From IMG/VR virus record IMGVR_UViG_3300020446_000005: 20,000 nucleotides of DNA; one strand, 5' to 3'. This document shows positions 15,137-20,000 of the stretch, one piece after another. Numbering within the stretch: position 1 is the first letter of the stretch; every line of letters begins with the position of its first letter. The stretch comes from an uncultured virus (IMG/VR IMGVR_UViG_3300020446_000005). Its lineage: Duplodnaviria; Heunggongvirae; Uroviricota; Caudoviricetes. A model generated the notes under the pieces. It saw only the letters and a program-made list of their open reading frames with translations, did no database searches and was not told the origin of the DNA. The translations under genes were made by a program, and so were the position numbers.

Positions 15137-15184
15137 GAAAGTGTATTTAAGGATGTTGGAAGGATAACGCCCCTACACCTAAAG

Positions 15185-15493
15185 TCAATCGTGTTCTACT
15201 TCTGGAGGTTTTTCCTCAAAAACATTTTCTATTTTCGCAGCAAATTGAATGTTTTGATGATTTGCCACATGGTATTGAATTCTTTTATGAATATCAAATG
15301 CTGATTTAATTGCATCTTCAGGAGATATCATTAATTTTGAATTAGCTAATAGACCTGATGTCAACATAGTTATCGCTAACTCTTGAGGATTTAAAGTGAA
15401 ACCTCTTAATGATTTACCATTATCAGTAAAAGATGAAACTAAAAAATCAAGATGTTCAATGTAAGGATCTTGACTTGGATTTTTTTCTGTCAT
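15185..15493 (-). CDS. Hypothetical protein (102 aa)
   Basis: ORF track; TAATG-coupled to the HTH gene. Confidence 0.75.
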   Translation of the reverse strand: MTEKNPSQDPYIEHLDFLVSSFTDNGKSLRGFTLNPQELAITMLTSGLLANSKLMISPEDAIKSAFDIHKRIQYHVANHQNIQFAAKIENVFEEKPPEVEHD

Positions 15494-15756
15494 TATTCCT
15501 CCGATTTAAAAATTTGATAAAGAGTAATTGTATTTCTCTTTATTATGGGTACAAGTAATCCTTCATCTTTAAGGGCATTAATTCTTCTTTGAATAGTCCT
15601 ATGGTTTCTATCAAATTTTTTAACAACATCTGTAATTGGAGTTAAAACAAAATGATTACCTTCAAACTCAGTCGATACCTCATAAAGATGCTTATGAATA
15701 TTTTTTGCAAGCTCATCCATAAGTTTAGTCATACTGGTCGTTGTTGTCATTAGCAT
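15493..15756 (-). CDS. Winged-HTH DNA-binding protein
   Basis: PITDVVKKFDRNHRTIQRRINALKDEGLL followed by a beta-hairpin wing. Confidence 0.75.
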   Translation of the reverse strand: MLMTTTTSMTKLMDELAKNIHKHLYEVSTEFEGNHFVLTPITDVVKKFDRNHRTIQRRINALKDEGLLVPIIKRNTITLYQIFKSEE

Positions 15757-15783
15757 AATTTTTACAAGTTGATTCTAATAAAT

Positions 15784-16023
15784 TTACTTAATTTTTTCTT
15801 TTTTTGATTTCATATGTTGCTGGTATTTTAGTACTCCAGCTTGAGCTTCTTGTAAATTACTAGTCCAACAATTTTCCCAATTATGGTTTTTACTAGGATA
15901 TTTATATAGGACATGACCAGTATTGCCATGTTTCAGACTTTTAATCTCATAGTCAGAATAAATAATAGATTCAAGGATCTCACTAGCTTGTCCTCGATAC
16001 TTAAAGTTCTTCGAACTTGTCAT
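15784..16023 (-). CDS. Hypothetical protein (79 aa)
   Basis: ORF track, co-oriented with its neighbours. Confidence 0.7.
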   Translation of the reverse strand: MTSSKNFKYRGQASEILESIIYSDYEIKSLKHGNTGHVLYKYPSKNHNWENCWTSNLQEAQAGVLKYQQHMKSKKEKIK

Positions 16024-16076
16024 GTGATTTATGTGAGTATCTTAAGGATATATGCCCTTTATCTACAAAAAATTTT

Positions 16077-16220
16077 CTACCTGTCGTAAAGTCTGTAAGC
16101 CTCTATAGTTCCAGTTTTTGTTAAGTTTTTTTGTTGTTGTACCATTTCTACAAAATTTTCACTGCTAATAGATTTTGCAGCATTTTCAATAAATTTGTTG
16201 AATTTTTCTTTATTTTTCAT
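16077..16220 (-). CDS. Small hypothetical protein (47 aa, MKNKEKFNKF...)
   Basis: Internal ATG at 16220 preferred to 16259 because the extra N-terminus is AT-rich and looks intergenic. Confidence 0.5.
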   Translation of the reverse strand: MKNKEKFNKFIENAAKSISSENFVEMVQQQKNLTKTGTIEAYRLYDR

Positions 16221-16269
16221 GAGTATAATAATTTTTATTATTGTAGGGACACTAAACATAAAATCAAGA

Positions 16270-16872
16270 TTATATACCTTTTCTTAATCTTTTTCTGAGA
16301 TTGTAAGTTAAAGAAACTCTACGAACAATTTTTACATTCTCAGGGATGGTAGTGGGATCTTCAGACATGACTTTTCTAAGTTGTTCTTTATCTGGTAACA
16401 TCTCTTCTTTCCAATCAACCGTAGATCCATTAAATAATCTTTGAATCATAGTAGTTTTGTAGAGACTAAATTTATTCTTTTCATCTTTTGTCCACGAATT
16501 ATAATTATCAATTATTTTAGATTTTACTTTTTTAATTGTGGCTTGATATTTATTTCCTGTTGGCATTGCTGTTATTAAATTCTTTTCATAAGCAGTCTTA
16601 ATAATGTTAATAATATTTTTTCTTTTATTTTTCCAAAATTCTTGATTTTTTTTTAATTCAGATATTTCTTTTTCTCTGGATGAAATTTGTTTATCACAAT
16701 CTTTAATAAGACTGATAATCGCATCAAATTTTGATTCTTCTCTAGACTCTAAAGAGCTCCATATATATTCAAGTTCTTCTTTTTCTTCTTTATCTATATC
16801 ACCAGTCTTTAGCATTTGATCTATATATTTTTTATTTTTTAAAATCTGCTCGTATGAAAGTTTATCTGCCAT
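16270..16872 (-). CDS. Siphovirus Gp157-like coiled-coil protein
   Basis: ESKFDAIISLIK...EKEISELKK coiled coil and C-terminal PDKEQLRKVM...IPENVKIVRRVSL, a Gp157-type pattern. Confidence 0.7.
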   Translation of the reverse strand: MADKLSYEQILKNKKYIDQMLKTGDIDKEEKEELEYIWSSLESREESKFDAIISLIKDCDKQISSREKEISELKKNQEFWKNKRKNIINIIKTAYEKNLITAMPTGNKYQATIKKVKSKIIDNYNSWTKDEKNKFSLYKTTMIQRLFNGSTVDWKEEMLPDKEQLRKVMSEDPTTIPENVKIVRRVSLTYNLRKRLRKGI

Positions 16873-16893
16873 AATTTTTTTATAACCGTTTAA

Positions 16894-16921
16894 ATTGTAA
16901 TTGTTGTACGGTAGCTGTCAA
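16894..16921 (-). promoter_or_regulatory. Sigma70-type promoter for the Gp157-like gene block
   Basis: Minus strand TTGACA (16921-16916)-N16-TACAAT (16899-16894), 21 nt upstream of the ATG at 16872. Confidence 0.7.
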
Positions 16922-16955
16922 TAATTAGAGTAGAATAAAAGAAAAGCGAGATCTT

Positions 16956-17204
16956 ATGTCTTCCTATGAATTAGTAGAGTTAACACTTGATCCTGATGAG
17001 GCAGAGCCTACATTGGAGGATGAATTCACTATGACTCTAGTAGGTAAAGACATTGACAAATTAAAGGATCCCGAAAGTTTAAAAATTGTATCTAAGCAAT
17101 TACTAAAAGTTATAGTTCATAAACAAGCTATGATAAGAGCTCTTTGTAAAAGACTAATAGATTTGGAGAGTGATACTAATTTAAGAAAAATAAAAATTCA
17201 ATGA
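16956..17204 (+). CDS. nblA: NblA-like proteolysis adaptor (putative)
   Basis: PTLEDEF matches the NblA L(S/T)LEQxF motif and is followed by a two-helix pattern ending KQAMIRALCK. TAGAAT at 16931 upstream. Confidence 0.55.
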   Translation: MSSYELVELTLDPDEAEPTLEDEFTMTLVGKDIDKLKDPESLKIVSKQLLKVIVHKQAMIRALCKRLIDLESDTNLRKIKIQ

Positions 17205-17329
17205 AAAAATTTAAGAAATTTATATCTTTAATAAAAAAAGCTGAAGAGTGTGATACAAGAAAAAAAGCTACAAAAATCATAAAAAAAGCAGAGAAGTTAA
17301 ATAAACCCCTCTGCCAAAATAATATTTAA
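17201..17329 (+). CDS. Small basic protein (MKKFKKFISLIKKAEECDTRKKATKIIKKAEKLNKPLCQNNI, 42 aa)
   Basis: Manually translated; ATGA overlap with the NblA-like gene. Confidence 0.6.
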   Translation: MKKFKKFISLIKKAEECDTRKKATKIIKKAEKLNKPLCQNNI

Positions 17330-17335
17330 TTTGTT

Positions 17336-18253
17336 TTAGGTCAAACCACCAACAAGAGCACCAGTTTCATCTCTATCTCCTAAATTATCAGCAGCTGGTA
17401 AAACAGGATTAGTTATGTCTACGCCTGGCTTTAGGGCGTTAATACCGATTTCACGTTCACACTGTTGAAAGAATTTACGTGCATAAACTTGAGGAGGACA
17501 AGTTTCATATACATCCTCAAAGTCATCGATTATTGAATCTTTAGTAGGCCAGAAACTTTCAATACTATCTTCATCAGGTATTACCCATGATTTTGGTACA
17601 GCAATGTCAGATTTTCTAGTCTCTCCATATTTTTCACTACCAAAAGTAGGAGTCCAAATTACAGAGGCACACATCTTACCGCCAAAACCTTGAGCTCCCT
17701 TGTCTCCAGTAGCATTAGAGTAAGCAACTTCAAGTTGTTCTAAGAATTGAGCATACTTTTGACAGAGAATCTTTGCTGCTCCACCATGTAATGAAAGAAT
17801 CAATGGTTTCTTATGGAGAGGAGCTCCTTTTGCATCGACTAAATAACAAAGCACTAAACGCCTTCTTCTATAAGGAGTAGCCTTATCTGGATTATTTTGT
17901 GCCCAGACATCCCATAAATGACTCATATCTGAATACAAGCCTTCAATAGCACCTTTTTCTGCACTGTTTTCTACGAAAGTAGGATCATCTTTATAACCCC
18001 CACGAAGAATAACTATTCTTGGAGTTCTAATTAAAAGTCCATCTTCAAGTTTGCCATTGTCACCAAATTCTTCTTGTGTGTGCTCAGCATCTGGTAGTTG
18101 GGTGGGTTTACCGAACCATCCACACCTATCCGCATGAATATCTTTTAGAAAAATTCCAGGATTTGATCTTCTGTTAAGAATGATCAGCATTCCTAGTTCA
18201 CGCATCTGACGTGGATACTTTTCGGTATCTTTAAAACGGTCTAATACAGACAT
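17336..18253 (-). CDS. DUF5895-like protein (cyanobacterial mobile-element family), candidate ssDNA-binding/annealing protein
   Basis: GIFL...CGW...GLLIRTPRIV...YLVDAKGAPLHKKPL.L..HG motifs recalled for DUF5895; immediately downstream of SSB. Confidence 0.6.
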   Translation of the reverse strand: MSVLDRFKDTEKYPRQMRELGMLIILNRRSNPGIFLKDIHADRCGWFGKPTQLPDAEHTQEEFGDNGKLEDGLLIRTPRIVILRGGYKDDPTFVENSAEKGAIEGLYSDMSHLWDVWAQNNPDKATPYRRRRLVLCYLVDAKGAPLHKKPLILSLHGGAAKILCQKYAQFLEQLEVAYSNATGDKGAQGFGGKMCASVIWTPTFGSEKYGETRKSDIAVPKSWVIPDEDSIESFWPTKDSIIDDFEDVYETCPPQVYARKFFQQCEREIGINALKPGVDITNPVLPAADNLGDRDETGALVGGLT

Positions 18254-18312
18254 AATTGGTCAAATAATTTCGAAGTTTTTAGATTGTCAGACTAGCTGAC
18301 TTATTTAATCTA

Positions 18313-19002
18313 TCAAAAGGGAACATCGTCGGCCACATTTTTCTTAACATAACTTTTAGTATTAATTACTTCTTTATTTATTTTTTCTTCTATCTCTGCA
18401 TTTTCTCGGTTTTTTCCGTGGTATTGATACTGCATTGACCTTACTCTAACTTTGTATTGATTTCGTCTATTACCATCTTTATCAAGCCAAGTATCAAATT
18501 TTAAGGTTCCACCAAGAGAAATGGCTCTACCTTCATAGATACATCTCGATAATCTTTTTGCGTCATCTCCCCAACTCTCGCATTTAAAACCAAGACTATC
18601 TTGCCAAGTATGACCTAAAGCTTTTTGTGGAGGTGCTTTAAGCATCATTCCAAAATTAAATGCATCTTCACGAACTTGATCAAAAATGTAACCTACGTTC
18701 CCAGCTAAAACAATTTGATTGAGATTTACAGGCATTTTTAAACTTTCTAGGGGCTGTGTGGGGACTACATACATTTTTCCATCTTCATGAGGATATAATC
18801 GTCCGTTAATTATGATGTGAGTGCCCTCTGCATATCTACCAGCTGCACAAGTATCTTGGGCTGCAAAACTTGGAATTAAATAAATAGGGATTGCTATTGG
18901 TTTTTTACTAGCAGGAGAAGGTATTTCAAATAACATGGTTCTTAAACCACGTTCAGTTTTTGTGTCGCCTTTGTATTTAGCACAAATAGTAATGTTGTTC
19001 AT
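18313..19002 (-). CDS. ssb: Single-stranded DNA-binding protein with two OB folds
   Basis: MNNITICA...IIINGRL and LNQIVLAGNVG...CESWG...ISLGGTLKFDTWLDKDGNRR; acidic tail DDVPF. Confidence 0.88.
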   Translation of the reverse strand: MNNITICAKYKGDTKTERGLRTMLFEIPSPASKKPIAIPIYLIPSFAAQDTCAAGRYAEGTHIIINGRLYPHEDGKMYVVPTQPLESLKMPVNLNQIVLAGNVGYIFDQVREDAFNFGMMLKAPPQKALGHTWQDSLGFKCESWGDDAKRLSRCIYEGRAISLGGTLKFDTWLDKDGNRRNQYKVRVRSMQYQYHGKNRENAEIEEKINKEVINTKSYVKKNVADDVPF

Positions 19003-19163
19003 GAATCAAACCTTTTTTCTAAACGATCATGCAAAATTTTTGTAATATTTTCTAAACCACGAGTTGCATGAGATCGTAGTTGTATAAAGCCATCTTGTAA
19101 TTTTAGAAGTTCATCATCTGACATATCTTCTAATTTACTTTGTTTTTTTAATTTAGTCTTCAT
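18999..19163 (-). CDS. Small helical hypothetical protein (MKTKLKKQSKLEDMSDDELLKLQ...LEKRFDS, 54 aa)
   Basis: Manually translated; ATGA overlap with the ssb start. Confidence 0.7.
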   Translation of the reverse strand: MKTKLKKQSKLEDMSDDELLKLQDGFIQLRSHATRGLENITKILHDRLEKRFDS

Positions 19164-19238
19164 AGGCTTAATTGTGGTGAATTTATAATACTCATATATC
19201 TTAGGATTACAAGAGAGTATTTTCTTCTGTTAAGTATT

Positions 19239-19544
19239 ATGATGAACTCAACAAATGACAAATCTAGAGATATCCAAGATTTTTTAAAAAAAATTAAAGA
19301 AGGTGGTGACGAAGATAAATTTAAAGACATCCTAAATAAAATGAGCACAACAGAAAAAGTTGATAATTTTCTTAGTAATCAACAGGATCAACAAATAGCT
19401 GGAGGATTTCCTAAAGTTTATAATCCTGCAGGATTACCTGTTGATGTATATGAATCAATTATGCGTCAATATGGTAAAAAAGGATTTGGTCCTTATACCA
19501 CTGAAGATAAAATAAGAGTACAAAATTTTTATAAACAATCCTAG
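19239..19544 (+). CDS. Hypothetical protein (101 aa)
   Basis: ORF track; its stop overlaps the convergent gene at CTAG. Confidence 0.65.
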   Translation: MMNSTNDKSRDIQDFLKKIKEGGDEDKFKDILNKMSTTEKVDNFLSNQQDQQIAGGFPKVYNPAGLPVDVYESIMRQYGKKGFGPYTTEDKIRVQNFYKQS

Positions 19545-19756
19545 ACAGAAAGTTTTTCTGAAAGTTGTGTAATAATACTTACGTCTATATCCATAAAAGG
19601 TGGTATTACTCCTAAAACTCTAAATAGTCCATCTGCAAAAGCTCCCATAAATATGAATCCTAATGTGGCACTAATCATTGAAGCGTTGCGATTATGCCTG
19701 TTTATTGCAATAGCAATAGATTGATCAATCAATTCTTGTATTTCTTGGTTGGACAT
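19541..19756 (-). CDS. Small membrane protein of picocyanobacteria/cyanophage type
   Basis: HNRNASMIS-TM-DGLFRVLGVIPPFMDID motif. Confidence 0.75.
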   Translation of the reverse strand: MSNQEIQELIDQSIAIAINRHNRNASMISATLGFIFMGAFADGLFRVLGVIPPFMDIDVSIITQLSEKLSV

Positions 19757-19769
19757 AGATTTTACGTGT

Positions 19770-19798
19770 AAATAAGGTCAGCACAGAAAGTACTGACC
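19770..19798 (-). terminator. Rho-independent terminator after the OMP gene
   Basis: Minus strand GGTCAGTAC-TTTCT-GTGCTGACC (9-bp stem with one G-U) followed by TTATTT, 17 nt after the OMP stop. Confidence 0.65.
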
Positions 19799-19815
19799 AA
19801 TAATTAGGGTGTTAT

Positions 19816-20000
19816 TTAGAAATTATATTTGACCCCTAGTTTTGTACCCCATGTATTATCTGTCGTATCATTTGTTACTACAGAAAATTCACCATATACA
19901 TTAGTGCTATCAGCTATCTCATAGCCACCACCAATTTTACCTGAGCCTTTTGTTTCTGAGTCAGCATCTTTTGGATTAGAAAGGTAAGGACCACCTTGTA
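19816..20000 (-). CDS. Outer-membrane beta-barrel protein, C-terminal part (5'-truncated)
   Basis: Manually translated: QGGPYLSNPKDADSETKGSGKIGGGYEIADSTNVYGEFSVVTNDTTDNTWGTKLGVKYNF*. Amphipathic strands and a terminal GxxYxF beta-signal. Confidence 0.85.
   Translation of the reverse strand, partial: QGGPYLSNPKDADSETKGSGKIGGGYEIADSTNVYGEFSVVTNDTTDNTWGTKLGVKYNF

Noticed and set aside
18286..18300. GTCAG-ACTAG-CTGAC hairpin between ssb and the DUF5895-like gene
   Set aside because: Only a 5-bp stem with no U-tract in the sense direction.
19160..19348. 62-aa minus-strand ORF
   Set aside because: Largely antisense to 19239..19544 with shadow-like composition; the next credible minus-strand gene is 18999..19163.

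Overview
AT-rich, gene-dense fragment of a marine cyanophage. The hli variants, PsbN-like protein and OMP-type beta-barrel suggest a Prochlorococcus or marine Synechococcus host (inference). From left to right: hypothetical genes; a protein with two apparently inactive HNH/His-Me-finger domains; a 450-bp non-coding region holding a ~215-bp dyad of three motif pairs; a plus-strand tail-fibre/receptor-binding module (LamG/SPRY fibre with an inserted cupredoxin-like domain, plus chaperone-like ORFs); a photosynthesis island (psbN-like, four hli genes and three coupled micro membrane ORFs, mostly missed by the ORF track, behind an HLR1/RpaB-like repeat); and a minus-strand replication/recombination module (Prim-Pol/D5 primase-helicase, PD-(D/E)XK exonuclease, HTH protein, Gp157-like, DUF5895-like, double-OB SSB) interrupted by an opposite-strand NblA-like cassette. 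The window ends in the 3' part of an outer-membrane beta-barrel gene. No tRNA, CRISPR array, integrase or reverse transcriptase was seen. All family assignments come from motif recognition by eye, not database searches.
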